Of a stretch of DNA of 64,000 nt, positions 52,409 to 62,695 are shown piece after piece. Source of the DNA: Candidatus Fervidifonticultor quartus (lineage in GTDB: Bacteria > Sysuimicrobiota > Sysuimicrobiia > Sysuimicrobiales > Humicultoraceae); the NCBI GenBank assembly GCA_031458775.1, contig JAVKJV010000004.1, positions 34,398 through 98,397 of the forward strand. Reading direction: 5' to 3'. Within the stretch, counting starts at the first letter, position 1; each line of letters opens with the position of its first letter. The position numbers were made by a program, and so were the translations under genes. The notes under the pieces are model-generated. The model saw only the letters and a program-made list of their open reading frames with translations. It was not told the DNA's origin and made no database searches.

Positions 52409-53703
52409 GCGGCCACCTCCTTCGCGGCGCCGGCCTCGGGCAGGTACCAGCCGACCGTGCGGCGCTTGTCGCTCAGGTACTCACGGGCCACCCGCCTCAC
52501 GTCCTCCGCGGTGACGCGGCCCACCGCATCGCGCAGCGTGAAGATCCGTTCGGGCGCATCCACCGCCGCGAATGCGCCGAGCGCGATTGCCCGCCGGGAC
52601 ACGCCGTCGCGCAGGTAGACGAACTGCGCCTCGGCCTGGCGGCGGACGCGCGCCAGCTCGGCCTCCGTCACGAGTTCGTGCTGCAGACGGCCAATCTCGG
52701 CGAGTACGGCGTCCTCGACGGCGCGCACATCCACGCCGCTGCGCACCGTGGCCAGAATCCGGAACACGGTCGGGTCGGCGCTCGGCGTCAACCCGGAGCC
52801 GACGTCGACCGCGAGACCGCCGTCCACCAGCGCGCGATAGAGCCGGCTACTGCGGCCGCCGCTGCCGCCGTCGAATGGCACGAGGCCAGCGAACCCGGAG
52901 AGCACGCCGTCCAGGACCATCAGCGCCGGCAGGTCCGGGTGGCTGGCCGCGGGCGCGTGGAAGACCATGTGCAGGTAGGCCGTTGCGCCGCCCGGCCGTC
53001 GCAGCACGACCCGGCGTTCACCGAACTGCTCGGCCTCGACCGCGCGCACCGCCGGGGCCGGCGCACCCGCGGGGATCGCGCCGAAGGCGGTGTCGATCAG
53101 GCTGGCCATCTCCCCCGCGTGGAAGTCACCGACGGCGACGGCAATCGCGTTCCCGGGATGATAGTACGTCCGGTAGTGACGGTACAGGTCATCGCGCGTG
53201 AGCGCGCGGAGGTCATCTTTCCAACCGATGACCGGCTGCCGGTACGGATGCGCCTTGAACGCCAGTGCATCGACCTCCTCGCGCAGGTAGTACGCGGGGA
53301 AGTTCTCAGCGCCCTCGCGCTCGGAGATGATCACCGTCCGCTCGCTGGCAACCACGTCGGGATCGAACACGGTGTTCTGCATCCGATCGGCTTCGAGCCG
53401 CACCGCGGTCTCGATGTGCTCGACCGGCAGAACTTCATAGTACGCGGTGTAGTCCTTCCACGTGAACGCATTCCACCGGCCGCCCAGCCGGTCGATCAGG
53501 CGCGTGAGCGTGCCCGCCGGATAGGACGGTGTCCCTTTGAACAGCATGTGCTCGACCCAGTGGGAGACGCCGGTGTAGCCCGGCGGCTCGTTGCGGCTGC
53601 CGACCTTGTACCAGATCCAAAACGTCGCCACCGGCGCGGCGTGGCTCTCCTGGATCAGTACACGCATGCCGTTGGACAGCGTCGCATCATAGACATCGTG
53701 CAT
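52405..53703 (-). CDS. M16 family zinc peptidase, catalytic subunit
   Basis: HxxEH motif (HWVEHMLFKGT) and downstream Glu (…ERTVIISEREG…). Start set at MHDVYDA… after GAGGAG. Confidence 0.75.
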   Translation of the reverse strand: MHDVYDATLSNGMRVLIQESHAAPVATFWIWYKVGSRNEPPGYTGVSHWVEHMLFKGTPSYPAGTLTRLIDRLGGRWNAFTWKDYTAYYEVLPVEHIETAVRLEADRMQNTVFDPDVVASERTVIISEREGAENFPAYYLREEVDALAFKAHPYRQPVIGWKDDLRALTRDDLYRHYRTYYHPGNAIAVAVGDFHAGEMASLIDTAFGAIPAGAPAPAVRAVEAEQFGERRVVLRRPGGATAYLHMVFHAPAASHPDLPALMVLDGVLSGFAGLVPFDGGSGGRSSRLYRALVDGGLAVDVGSGLTPSADPTVFRILATVRSGVDVRAVEDAVLAEIGRLQHELVTEAELARVRRQAEAQFVYLRDGVSRRAIALGAFAAVDAPERIFTLRDAVGRVTAEDVRRVAREYLSDKRRTVGWYLPEAGAAKEVAA

Positions 53704-53845
53704 CAGATCACTCCTCACAACAGAGGCCCGCCAGCGGCGGGCCGAGGCGAAACTCATGTGTCTTCGTGGGGCACACAGACCTCCCCTCCCCTGGACGCCG
53801 GCCCGTCCAGGAGGCCGGACGTGCGACCGCGTATCCCGTTTGAGG

Positions 53846-54658
53846 ATGGTGCTGCTCAACCATCACACCCTCAGCCGGTACCGGCGTGCGATTATCCGGC
53901 GGCACCGGGTGCGCACCGCAGCCGGCGCGCTGCGCTTCGTCAATGCGCTCGGGTTCTGCTATGCCTTCACCGGAGGCCCGGGCGGCCTGCCGGGCTTGTT
54001 CGACGTTCTCGATACCCGCAGCATCGACCGCATGTGGACCTGGGCCTGGCGGTGGAAGGACGAGCTGGTCACGACGCGGCGCGTACACTACGGGAAGGTC
54101 ATCCGCCGCAAGCCGTCCTATGTCTCGTTGACGCTGCTGCCGGCCTTCTATGCGCTGTCGGGCAACGTCGGCGAGCCCGACGATCACATGCAGGCGTTCC
54201 GCGAAGGCCGGCTGAGCGTACTGGCCAGGGCGGTCTACGAGCACATCCTGGCACATGGGCCCATCTCCACATGGGCGCTCCGCCGGCTGTACGTGCCGCG
54301 CGGCGAAAGCGGCGCGCGGTTCCATCGGGCCCTGGACGACCTGCAGGAACGGTTCCTCGTGGCCAAGGTCGCCGAGGAAGAGGAGTGGCGCAACGGGTTC
54401 ATCTGGGACGCCTTCCACCGCTGGATGCCGCAGGTCGTGCATGCGGCGGGCTCGCTGTCCACCCCGGACGCGGCGGCGCAGGTGATGGCGCGGTACGCCG
54501 GCGCAGTCGGCGCGATCTCTGAGCACGACGTGACGGCGATGTTCGGCTGGACCCTGCGGCTCACGCATCAGGCGGCTGAGCGCGCCAGGCTCGAACCCGC
54601 GTACCTCGAGGACCGGCCGGTGTGGGCCGCGCCGGCCATCCGGCGTCTTTCCCTCTGA
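53846..54658 (+). CDS. winged-helix domain protein, YcaQ/AlkZ-like (DUF1006)
   Basis: C-terminal …LAHGPISTWALRRLYVP…FHRALDDLQERFLV… resembles the cryptic winged-helix family. Start set at the ATG after GAGGA (MVLLNHH…). Confidence 0.4.
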   Translation: MVLLNHHTLSRYRRAIIRRHRVRTAAGALRFVNALGFCYAFTGGPGGLPGLFDVLDTRSIDRMWTWAWRWKDELVTTRRVHYGKVIRRKPSYVSLTLLPAFYALSGNVGEPDDHMQAFREGRLSVLARAVYEHILAHGPISTWALRRLYVPRGESGARFHRALDDLQERFLVAKVAEEEEWRNGFIWDAFHRWMPQVVHAAGSLSTPDAAAQVMARYAGAVGAISEHDVTAMFGWTLRLTHQAAERARLEPAYLEDRPVWAAPAIRRLSL

Positions 54659-54659
54659 G

Positions 54660-55472
54660 TCATCCGCTGACGGGCCGGCGTCGCAACACCGCCGTCGGAT
54701 CCACCGGCCCGATCCCCTTGCCGATCGGGAGCCCGGCCGCAATCCCGGCGGTGATCACGTCCTTGGCCTGCGCGACCGCCTCGCGAACCTCCAGGCCTTT
54801 CGCGAGTCCTGCGGTGATCGCGGCGGAGAACACGCACCCGGTACCGTGCGTGTGTTTCGCGGCCGCGCGAGGCGCCACGAATTCGTCGAAGGCCTGACCG
54901 TCAAACAGGACGTCAACGGCCTGGTCGGTGTCGTCGAGGTGACCGCCCTTGACGATGACATACCTCGGTCCCATCGCGTGGATCGCGCGCGCGGCATCGC
55001 GCATCTGCATCCGCGTGGCGATCTTGAGGCCGAGGAGCGCGCCGGCCTCGTGCAGGTTGGGCGTGACCACGAGCGCGGCGGGCAGCAGCACGTGTCGCAG
55101 CGCCTCGGTCGCCTCGGGCCGCAGCAGCGGCGCGCCGCTCTTCGCGATCATCACCGGGTCCACGACGAGATTCGTGATCGCCCAACGCCGCACGGCACCG
55201 GCCACCGCGGCGATGATCTCGGCGTTCGACAACATGCCGGTCTTGGCCGCGTCGGTACCGATGTCGCGCATGATGGCGTCGATCTGCTCCACCACGAACT
55301 CCGGCGTCGCCTCGAGCACGCCGGTCACGCCCGTGGTGTTCTGCGCGGTGAGCGCGGTGATGGCGGACGTGCCAAACACGCCTAGCACCGTGAAGGTCTT
55401 CAGGTCCGCCTGGATTCCGGCGCCGCCACCGGAGTCGGATCCGGCGATGGTCATGGCGCGCGCGATCGTCAT
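54660..55472 (-). CDS. thiD: hydroxymethylpyrimidine/phosphomethylpyrimidine kinase
   Basis: Ribokinase-like ThiD motifs (TIAGSDSGGGAGIQADLKT…; …THGTGC…). Confidence 0.85.
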   Translation of the reverse strand: MTIARAMTIAGSDSGGGAGIQADLKTFTVLGVFGTSAITALTAQNTTGVTGVLEATPEFVVEQIDAIMRDIGTDAAKTGMLSNAEIIAAVAGAVRRWAITNLVVDPVMIAKSGAPLLRPEATEALRHVLLPAALVVTPNLHEAGALLGLKIATRMQMRDAARAIHAMGPRYVIVKGGHLDDTDQAVDVLFDGQAFDEFVAPRAAAKHTHGTGCVFSAAITAGLAKGLEVREAVAQAKDVITAGIAAGLPIGKGIGPVDPTAVLRRRPVSG

Positions 55473-56566
55473 CTGGACCCTCCCGGTCTGAAGTGCGTCC
55501 AGCCGCTGGCATCGAGCGGCCGGGGTGCGCCGTCGACGACCACGCTGCGGCCGGCGGAGAGCGGCAGGACCTGACCGATAACCGTCGCCGCGAGACCGGT
55601 CTCAGCCTGCAGCCGCGCCAGGACACGGCCGGCGTCGCGCTCGGCGACCGCGAACAGCAACTCGTAGTCCTCACCGCCGGCGATGGCCAGCTGCAGCGCG
55701 CTGCGGCCCGACCGCATTGCGACGACCGGGACGCACGGGTCCACCGGGAGCCTCGCGGCGTCGAGCCGAACGCCGACGCCGCTCGCTTCGCAGAGCCGCC
55801 AGAGATCGAGCGCCAACCCGTCGGAGAGATCGATCATGGCGTGCACCCCGCCAGCGCCAGCCAGCACCCGCCCGGCGGCCAGGCGGGGCTCGGGCCGGCG
55901 CTGCGCGGCGATAGCGGGCGCAATCGCGGTCGCGTGGTCCTCCGCGGCACGGTCGGGCGCATGGGCGTGGCACACGGCGCCATCCGCCAGGTGTTCTGTG
56001 AGCGCGACCAGCCCTGCCGCTGCGCGTCCAAGGGTGCCCGTGACCGCGAGCAGGTCGCCGGCCCTGGCACCGTCGCGGCGGATGAGACGATCGGGTTCGA
56101 CCTCGCCCAACAGTGCAACGTCCACGATGATGACCGGCGCTTGCGCGAGGTTGCCGCCGACCACCGTGACGCCGCACGACGCCGCCATCATGAGGAGGCC
56201 GTCGTACAGACCGTCGACCCACGCGGCATCGAGGTCGGCCGGGAGCATGAGTGAGACGACCGCGTGACGGGACCGCCCGCCCATCGCGGCGATGTCGCTC
56301 GCATTGATCGCCAGCGCCTTCCAGCCCACATCCGCTGGAGAACTCGTCGCCCTGCGGAAGTGGACATCCTCGACCAGCGCGTCGGTCGTGAGCAGCGTGA
56401 GCATGCCGGGGGTCACCCGGAGCGCGGCCGTGTCGTCGCCGATGCCCACGACGATCGCGCCGTCTTGCGCACCGACGCGCTCGACGATGCGCGCGAGGAC
56501 GGCCAGTTCGCCGAGATCGGCGACTCGAGAACCGACCGTATCCCGGCGGCTACGCGCGCGCGGCAC
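55469..56566 (-). CDS. thiL: thiamine-monophosphate kinase
   Basis: AIR-synthase-like ThiL motifs (GIGDDTAAL…; …TTDALVEDVHF…). GTG start overlaps the thiE 3' end. The upstream part of the 465-aa ORF is Arg-rich. Confidence 0.75.
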   Translation of the reverse strand: MPRARSRRDTVGSRVADLGELAVLARIVERVGAQDGAIVVGIGDDTAALRVTPGMLTLLTTDALVEDVHFRRATSSPADVGWKALAINASDIAAMGGRSRHAVVSLMLPADLDAAWVDGLYDGLLMMAASCGVTVVGGNLAQAPVIIVDVALLGEVEPDRLIRRDGARAGDLLAVTGTLGRAAAGLVALTEHLADGAVCHAHAPDRAAEDHATAIAPAIAAQRRPEPRLAAGRVLAGAGGVHAMIDLSDGLALDLWRLCEASGVGVRLDAARLPVDPCVPVVAMRSGRSALQLAIAGGEDYELLFAVAERDAGRVLARLQAETGLAATVIGQVLPLSAGRSVVVDGAPRPLDASGWTHFRPGGSR

Positions 56567-57182
56567 GAACGATCTCCGCCAGGCGACGCGCGGCCTCGCG
56601 CACGTCGTCGGCACCCACCACGGCGGAGATGACCGCCACACCGTGCGCACCATGCTGAATCGCCTCGGCGGCGTTGGCGACCGTGATCCCGCCCACGGCC
56701 ACGATCGGGATGCGCAGGGCCGCCCGAATCTGTGACAGGGCCTCGGGCCCGATGGCATCGCCCGCGTCTGGCTTGGACGTCGTGCCATAGATGCTACCCA
56801 CCCCCACGTAGTCCGCGCCGTCGGCCTCGGCCTGCACCGCCTCGGCGACTGTGCCGGCCGAGGCACCGACGATGCGGTCCGGCCCCATCAGACGCCGCGC
56901 ATCGGCCACAGGGAGGTCGTCCTGCCCGACATGTACGCCGTCGGCGTCGACCGCCAGCGCCACGTCGGCGCGGTCGTTCACAATGAGCGGCACGCCGGCC
57001 GGTTGCGTGATCGCCTTGAGCCGGCGGCCCATCTCCACCATGCGGCGCGCGGGCCACATCTTCTCGCGGAACTGGATCATCGTGGCGCCGCCGCGGATGG
57101 CCGCGGCCACGACGTCTTCCAGGGGCCGGTCGCGGCCAATGGCCCGGTCGGTGATCACATACAGGCTCAAATCGAATCGCAT
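56550..57182 (-). CDS. thiE: thiamine-phosphate synthase
   Basis: LYVITD motif, then …IQFREK…, …DGVHVGQDD…, and …VAVGGI…. Confidence 0.85.
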   Translation of the reverse strand: MRFDLSLYVITDRAIGRDRPLEDVVAAAIRGGATMIQFREKMWPARRMVEMGRRLKAITQPAGVPLIVNDRADVALAVDADGVHVGQDDLPVADARRLMGPDRIVGASAGTVAEAVQAEADGADYVGVGSIYGTTSKPDAGDAIGPEALSQIRAALRIPIVAVGGITVANAAEAIQHGAHGVAVISAVVGADDVREAARRLAEIVRAARA

Positions 57183-58048
57183 CAGGTCCCCCTCGCGCGG
57201 CCGGCCGGCCGCGGATGCTCAGCGCCAAGGTGGTAGAGCGCGTCGAGGAGCGCCGGCACCAGTGTACCCGGACCGGCGGCGGCGCGGGCGGCACGCTCGG
57301 CGGCCACGCCGAAGACCGTCAGCGCGGCGACTGCGGCGCGGAAGTGATCGTCGGTGACCGCACAGAACACGCCGACGAGCGCCGTGACCATACAACCCGC
57401 GCCAGAGACGGCCTCGAGCCACGGGTGGCCGTGCTCGACGCTTGCACGGCGCGTCCCACCGGTCACGTGGTCGCGTGCTCCGGTGACGGCGGCCACACAG
57501 CGGAACTGCCCTGCCAGGCGGGCCGCCAGCGCCTCGCCATCGTCCGCGGGTCCCCCGACGATCGCCTCCACGCCGTGAGTCCGGCCCGACTCGCCCAGGA
57601 GCGCTGCGGCTTCGCCACGGTTTGCGCGCACCACGGCGATCGGCAGGCGTTCGATCAGTGACCGGGCCGAGGCGTCACGGTACGCGGTGGCGCCTGCGCC
57701 GACGGGGTCGAGGACGATGGGTATGCGTCGCGCGGCGGCGACGGCGCCGGCGGCCGCCATGGCGTCGAGTCGCTCGGGCGTCGGCGTCCCGAGATTCAGG
57801 ACGAGCGCGTCGGCCCGCGCGGCCATCTGTTCGGCGTCGTCGCGTGCCAGCGCCATGACCGGGAGCGCGCCGACCGCGCGCGTCACGTTGGCTACCGCCT
57901 GCATTGTCACGAAATTGGCGAAATGGTGCACCAAAGGCCGGCGCTGACGCACCGCGGCGACAAACCGCGATGCCTCCTCCCCGATGCCACCCTCGGGACC
58001 GGCCCACGGCTCCGATGGCGACGGACCCTGCAGGGGCCGCACGGTCAC
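57182..58048 (-). CDS. thiM: hydroxyethylthiazole kinase
   Basis: PLVHHFANFV (ThiM N-terminus), with catalytic Cys in …GAGCMVTAL…. Confidence 0.8.
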   Translation of the reverse strand: MTVRPLQGPSPSEPWAGPEGGIGEEASRFVAAVRQRRPLVHHFANFVTMQAVANVTRAVGALPVMALARDDAEQMAARADALVLNLGTPTPERLDAMAAAGAVAAARRIPIVLDPVGAGATAYRDASARSLIERLPIAVVRANRGEAAALLGESGRTHGVEAIVGGPADDGEALAARLAGQFRCVAAVTGARDHVTGGTRRASVEHGHPWLEAVSGAGCMVTALVGVFCAVTDDHFRAAVAALTVFGVAAERAARAAAGPGTLVPALLDALYHLGAEHPRPAGRARGT

Positions 58049-58557
58049 GACCGCGACGCCACACCCGCAGCCGGCGCGACGCCGGCCCGGGTCAGTGCGC
58101 GCAGCACCAGCACGCCGAGAATCGCACCCGGCACGCTGCTGAGCAGAAACGCCGGCAGCAGCGTCGCCACCGGAATCGCCTTGCCCATGAGCGCCGGCGC
58201 CACGAGCAGCGATCCGACCAACGCGCCGATCGGCCCGGTGCCGAGGGGCTCGAGCAACCCGACCCAGGGCCGCCGCCAGATCATGTGCGCGAACCCGACG
58301 ACCAGCGCGCCGGGGATGCTGCCCGGAAACGCCAGGAGCGTGCCGACGCCCAGATAGTTACGAAGCACCGCGGCGACCGTCGCCGCGAGCGCCGCATACC
58401 ACGGGCCTAGCAGGACGCCGGCCATCGCGTTGATCATATGTTGCCAGGGCAGCAGCTTCGCACCGGCCGCCGGAATCGCGCCCGGCACGAACGACAACAC
58501 AACCGGCAGCGCGGCAAACACCGCGGTCAGGACAAGCCTACGAGCGGGCACCAACAC
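58045..58557 (-). CDS. thiW: ThiW-like (ECF S-component-like) putative thiazole transporter
   Basis: 170-aa 5-TM protein immediately upstream of thiM. Assignment is by context and topology. Confidence 0.45.
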   Translation of the reverse strand: MLVPARRLVLTAVFAALPVVLSFVPGAIPAAGAKLLPWQHMINAMAGVLLGPWYAALAATVAAVLRNYLGVGTLLAFPGSIPGALVVGFAHMIWRRPWVGLLEPLGTGPIGALVGSLLVAPALMGKAIPVATLLPAFLLSSVPGAILGVLVLRALTRAGVAPAAGVASRS

Positions 58558-59963
58558 TCACCTCCGGGGCAGACCTGGCACCGGCTGGCGCCGGCCGATC
58601 AGGGCATGCAACGCAAAGGCCGTGAGGAAGCTTGGAATCGAAGCGCCAAGCCACGGCACGCCGGCGCTCAGCGGAAACGGCAGGTGCAGCGCACCGAACC
58701 CGGCCTGCAGGAGCCCCTTCCACCCGGGAATTGCGGTTGGCGCGATCCACTGGTAGACCAGGAAGCCCGCGAGCCACACCGCAACCGGAAGCCAGCGGAC
58801 GCCGGGGGTCACGTGCCTGGGCGGGTCCGCCGTCAGCCCCTCGGCGTCATAGCGGCGCCGCCGCAGCACGAAGTAGTCTGCGGCCTGCACACCGAACAGC
58901 GGAACAAAGAACGCGCCGATCAAGAACAGGAAGCTCTCGTATTGCACGACGTTCACGGCGACGGCAAGGGCGACACAGACCGCGCCCACCATCACGGCGA
59001 ACACGCGCTGCGGGGCTTTGGGGAAAACGTTCTGGAGACTAACGGCCGTGGAATAGATGTTCGCGAACCCGTTGTCGGTCTCATCGGCCAGCAGCAGCAG
59101 CAGCGCGAGCCACCCGCCCGCCACGCTCATGAGGGCGGGGATCAGGTCCGGCGTCTTCAGCGCGAGAACGAAGGCAGCGCCCAGCGCATAGAACCACACG
59201 TTGGCGATGAAGTACCCGACGTATGTGCCCCAGAACGCCGGGCCCGCGCGTCGGCTGAACCTGCTGTAGTCGGCCACGAGCGGGAGCCAGGACACCGGCA
59301 TGGCGATCACGAGATCCACGGCCAGCCAAAACGGCAGACTCCCGTCGCCCGGCGCGGCAAGCAGGCCGCGCAGGTCGAAGTGCGTGGCGAGATACCAGGT
59401 GAGATACACCGTGGTACCGTAGACGAGCCAGATCGCGAATCGCTCCAGCCAGCGTCGCACAACGACCAGCGGGCCGCCGATGGCCATCAACGTGCAGACG
59501 GCGCCGACTGCCGCGGCCCAGAGGACGAAGTTGTCGAATCCCGCCAGTGCCCGGGAGATGCCATTGGCGGCCCGGGCCATGATGAACACCTCGAAGGCCC
59601 CCCACCCGACGAGCTGCACGACGTTCAGCGCTGTCGGCAAGAACGAGCCCCGGACGCCGAGCGCCGGTCGCATGAGCACCATCGTCGGAGAGCCGGTATC
59701 GCTCCCGATGACGCCGGCGAGCGCCAGCAGGGCGTTACCGATGAGGGTGCCCAGGACGATCGCCCCAAGGGCCTGGCTCAAGCCGAGCCCGGGAACCAGC
59801 AACGTCCCGGCGAGCAACACGAGCAATCCAACACCCAGGCTCGACCACAGGGCGAAGTAGTCCAGGAACCCCAGGACACGCTGATGATCGGGCACCGGGA
59901 CGATCCGCTGTCCTGGCCGTTCACCTTGCAGCGCGTCATCCAACACCGTCGTGCTCGCGGCCA
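58558..59963 (-). CDS. cytX: NCS1-family nucleobase:cation symporter, CytX-like (putative HMP/thiamine-precursor permease)
   Basis: 12-TM NCS1 pattern. First gene downstream of the TPP riboswitch. Start at MAASTTVL… after AGGAGGCGAGGGG. Confidence 0.7.
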
Positions 59964-60049
59964 TCGTCGTCCCCTCGCCTCCTGACCACGTGCGACCGAA
60001 GTAGAACAGCCGCCCGGTCCACTCGGACTGGCGGCTGCGGTCGTTGACC

Positions 60050-60160
60050 TCGGTCCCCACGCCAGCATTGCCTGGATCGGGTACTAGGGGTCTGCGACGG
60101 GGCATTTGCGCCAGGTCGCACTCTCAGCCCGGTTCACCCGAGCTCCCCCAGAGGGCGTGC
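60050..60160 (-). ncRNA. TPP (thiamine pyrophosphate) riboswitch, THI element
   Basis: The minus-strand RNA reads …caCGCCctCUGGGGGAGCucggguGAAccgggCUGAGAG[ugcgac…gucgca]gACCCCuaguACCCGAUCCAGGcAAUGCUGGCGUGGGGA…. It matches the THI-box consensus: CUGGGGxGC, GCUGAGA, ACCC, and ACCUGAUCYGGxUAAUGCCRGCGxAGGGA. P1 is CACGCC/GGCGUG. It lies directly upstream of cytX-thiW-thiM-thiE-thiL-thiD. Confidence 0.75.
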
Positions 60161-60199
60161 TATGCGATTCGCCAATTTCCTAGTATAGCGGAGGGGCGG

Positions 60200-60950
60200 T
60201 CATGTTGCCAGCGCGCCGCCGTCCACCGGGAGCGAGACGCCAGTGATCCACCCGGCCGCGTCGGACGCGAGGAAGACGATCGCGCGGGCCACGTCCTCCG
60301 CGGTGCCGAGCCGGCGCAGCGGAATGGCCCCGGCGGCGCGATCCCGCTCATCCGACGTCCACGCTTCCCAGACGTCGCGGTTGAGGTCCGTGGGGATGAA
60401 GCCCGGGAGGACTGCATTGGCTCTCAGGCCGTCCGGGCCGTAGCGTACGGCCAGGGCGCGCGTCAGCGCGAGCATGCCGGCCTTGCTCGCATCATACGCC
60501 GGGGTCCGGCCGGTCCGGCTACGGGCGGCAAGCACGGACGAGACGTTCACCACGGCACCCCGTGCGGCGAGCAGATGTGGCAGGGCATGCTTACTGCACA
60601 GGAACGCGCTGCGCAGATTGACGTCGAGCACGGCGTCCCAGCCGTCCGGAGTCTCTTCGGCAACCGGGATGCGGCGGATGATGCCGGCGTTGTTCACCAA
60701 CACATCGAGCCGGTTGAAGCGCCCGACCACCGCACCGACGACATGCCTGGCCCCGGCGTCGACCGAGACGTCGGCCGGGACGAAGAACGCGTCGTCGCCG
60801 AGTGCGGTAACCGCCTCCCGGCCGCGGTCCGCGCGTCGTCCGACGACGGCGACGCGCGCACCCAGATCGCGCGCTAACCTCGCCGTCGCCAGACCGAGCC
60901 CGGCCGTGCCTCCGGTGACGAGCATGACTTTGCCGTCGAGCCTGACCATG
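60200..60950 (-). CDS. SDR-family oxidoreductase
   Basis: TGGTAGLG (TGxxxGxG) cofactor motif, NNAG, and catalytic YxxxK (YDASK). Start at MVRLDGKVMLVTGG after GGAGGCGAGG. Confidence 0.75.
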
Positions 60951-61003
60951 CGCACCTCGCCTCCCCAGTAGGACCGACCCGCCGAACGTCGCGAACTCCG
61001 TGT

Positions 61004-62095
61004 ATGGAGCCCGCCATGGCGGACCGTACGATCCTGCACGTGGATATGGACGCCTTCTACGCGGCGGTAGAGCAACTCCGCCGTCCGGACCTGCGCGGCC
61101 GCCCGGTCGTCGTGGGCGGCGATGGCGATCCGCGCAAGCGCGGCGTGGTTTCCACCGCCTCCTACGAGGCCAGGAGGTTCGGCGTGCACTCGGGCATGCC
61201 GCTCCGTACCGCCTACCGGCTGTGCCCGGATGCCGTCTTCCTGCCGGTAGACTTCAAGGCGTACCGTGAGGTTTCCGAGCGGATGCACGCCATCCTGCGA
61301 GACACCGGCGCCCGCGTGGAGTCCCTAGGCCTCGACGAAGCGTTTCTCGACTGCACCGGGCTGCCGGAGAGCGGCGAGGTGATCGCCCGCCGCATCAAGC
61401 GGCGCATCGCCGCGGAGCTCCATCTCACCGCGTCCGTCGGCGTCGGCCCCAACAAGCTTGTCGCCAAGATCGCCTCCGGGATGGACAAGCCCGACGGCCT
61501 CACCGTCATCACCCAGGACGAGATCGCGAAGCGGCTGGGCCCGCTCCCGGTGACCGTGCTGTGGGGTGTGGGCCCAAAGACCGCAGGCCGCCTGCGCGAG
61601 GCTTTCGGCGTGCAGACGGTCGCCGACCTCGCGGCCCTATCCGTCGAGCAACTGCAGGAGACGTTCGGCCCGCGCCACGGTGCCTACCTCCACGATATCG
61701 CGCACGGTGTTGACGACAGCGAGGTCGTGACCGAGTGGGAGCCCAAGTCCATCAGCCGGGAGGAGACGTTCCAGGTCGACCTCCGTCAGATGGGCATCAT
61801 GCGGGACGCGATCAGAAGAATGGCCGCCGAGGTCGCCGACGACCTCCGCCGCGAAGGCTACCGCGCGGCGACCATCACCCTGAAGATCCGCCTCGTGCCG
61901 TTCACGACGCTGACGCGGTCGCGCACGCTCGCGGCGCCGACCGACGACGCCGAGACCATCGGCGACCTGGCGGTGGCGTTGCTCGACCGGGTGCCGGTCA
62001 ACCGGCCGGTGCGGCTGCTCGGCGTACGGGCCGCGAAGCTCTCGCCCGCGGCCCCGCCGTCCGCCGCCCTGGCGCTCAGCGCCCCAGAGTCTTGA
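61004..62095 (+). CDS. dinB: DNA polymerase IV (Y-family)
   Basis: ILHVDMDAFYAAVE…, …SYEARRFGV…, …LGLDEAFLD…, HhH …IPGVGPKT…-like (LWGVGPKT). Confidence 0.85.
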   Translation: MEPAMADRTILHVDMDAFYAAVEQLRRPDLRGRPVVVGGDGDPRKRGVVSTASYEARRFGVHSGMPLRTAYRLCPDAVFLPVDFKAYREVSERMHAILRDTGARVESLGLDEAFLDCTGLPESGEVIARRIKRRIAAELHLTASVGVGPNKLVAKIASGMDKPDGLTVITQDEIAKRLGPLPVTVLWGVGPKTAGRLREAFGVQTVADLAALSVEQLQETFGPRHGAYLHDIAHGVDDSEVVTEWEPKSISREETFQVDLRQMGIMRDAIRRMAAEVADDLRREGYRAATITLKIRLVPFTTLTRSRTLAAPTDDAETIGDLAVALLDRVPVNRPVRLLGVRAAKLSPAAPPSAALALSAPES

Positions 62096-62552
62096 CCGCG
62101 GCCTCCACGGCCGCGTAGTCCGGTTCGGTGCCCTGAGTGGGCGCGATCCATCTGAAGCGCACGACGCCGTCCTGGTCCAGGACGAAGACCGACCGCATCG
62201 CCACGCCGGGCATCAACCCGCCAGCCCAGTTGGGGTCCTCGATGCCGAACGCGCGCACGGCCTCGCGATTGAAGTCGGAGAGCAACGGGAAGTTGAGCCC
62301 GTTGGCGTCGGCAAACGCCTTCTGCGCATACGGCGAGTCCACGCTAATGCCCACGACACGGGCGTTGAGCGTGCTGAACTGCGCCAGGCTGTCGCGGAAC
62401 GCGCACATCTCTTTGGTGCAGGTGCCGGTGAACGCACCGGGAAAGAACGCGAGCACGAGCGGCGTACCGTAGAACTCGTTCAGCTTCACCGCCTTGCGGT
62501 CAGAGTTGACGAGCCGCACATCTGGAGCCTGCTGCCCAACCTCGACGGCCAC
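62076..62552 (-). CDS. peroxiredoxin (AhpC/TSA-Prx family, Bcp/PrxQ-like)
   Basis: Active-site FTGTCTKEMC (peroxidatic Cys in the T-x-x-C context). Probable GTG start at VAVEVGQQAPD. The longer ORF upstream is Arg-rich. Confidence 0.7.
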   Translation of the reverse strand: MAVEVGQQAPDVRLVNSDRKAVKLNEFYGTPLVLAFFPGAFTGTCTKEMCAFRDSLAQFSTLNARVVGISVDSPYAQKAFADANGLNFPLLSDFNREAVRAFGIEDPNWAGGLMPGVAMRSVFVLDQDGVVRFRWIAPTQGTEPDYAAVEAAVKTLGR

Positions 62553-62695
62553 GGTCTTCACCCCTTCGTGAGTTCGCCAGCCGGACGGACATGCTGGTCG
62601 CTGCCATTCTGACCGTGACGCCCGTCGTGCGTCAAGACGCCGCCTGCGCCCAGACGCCGACAGGAAAGCCGGGCGCCCGGACGAAACTTCACCCG

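Noticed and set aside
52678-54522. 614-aa plus-strand ORF
   Set aside because: Antisense to the catalytic M16 peptidase (HxxEH present on the other strand) and out of frame with the YcaQ-like gene.
58438-59985. 515-aa plus-strand ORF
   Set aside because: Antisense to the CytX-like permease; Arg/His/Glu-rich.
60180-60200. Possible -10 box TATACT upstream of the TPP riboswitch
   Set aside because: No convincing -35 partner at 17±1 nt. Noted in the riboswitch context only and not called as a feature.
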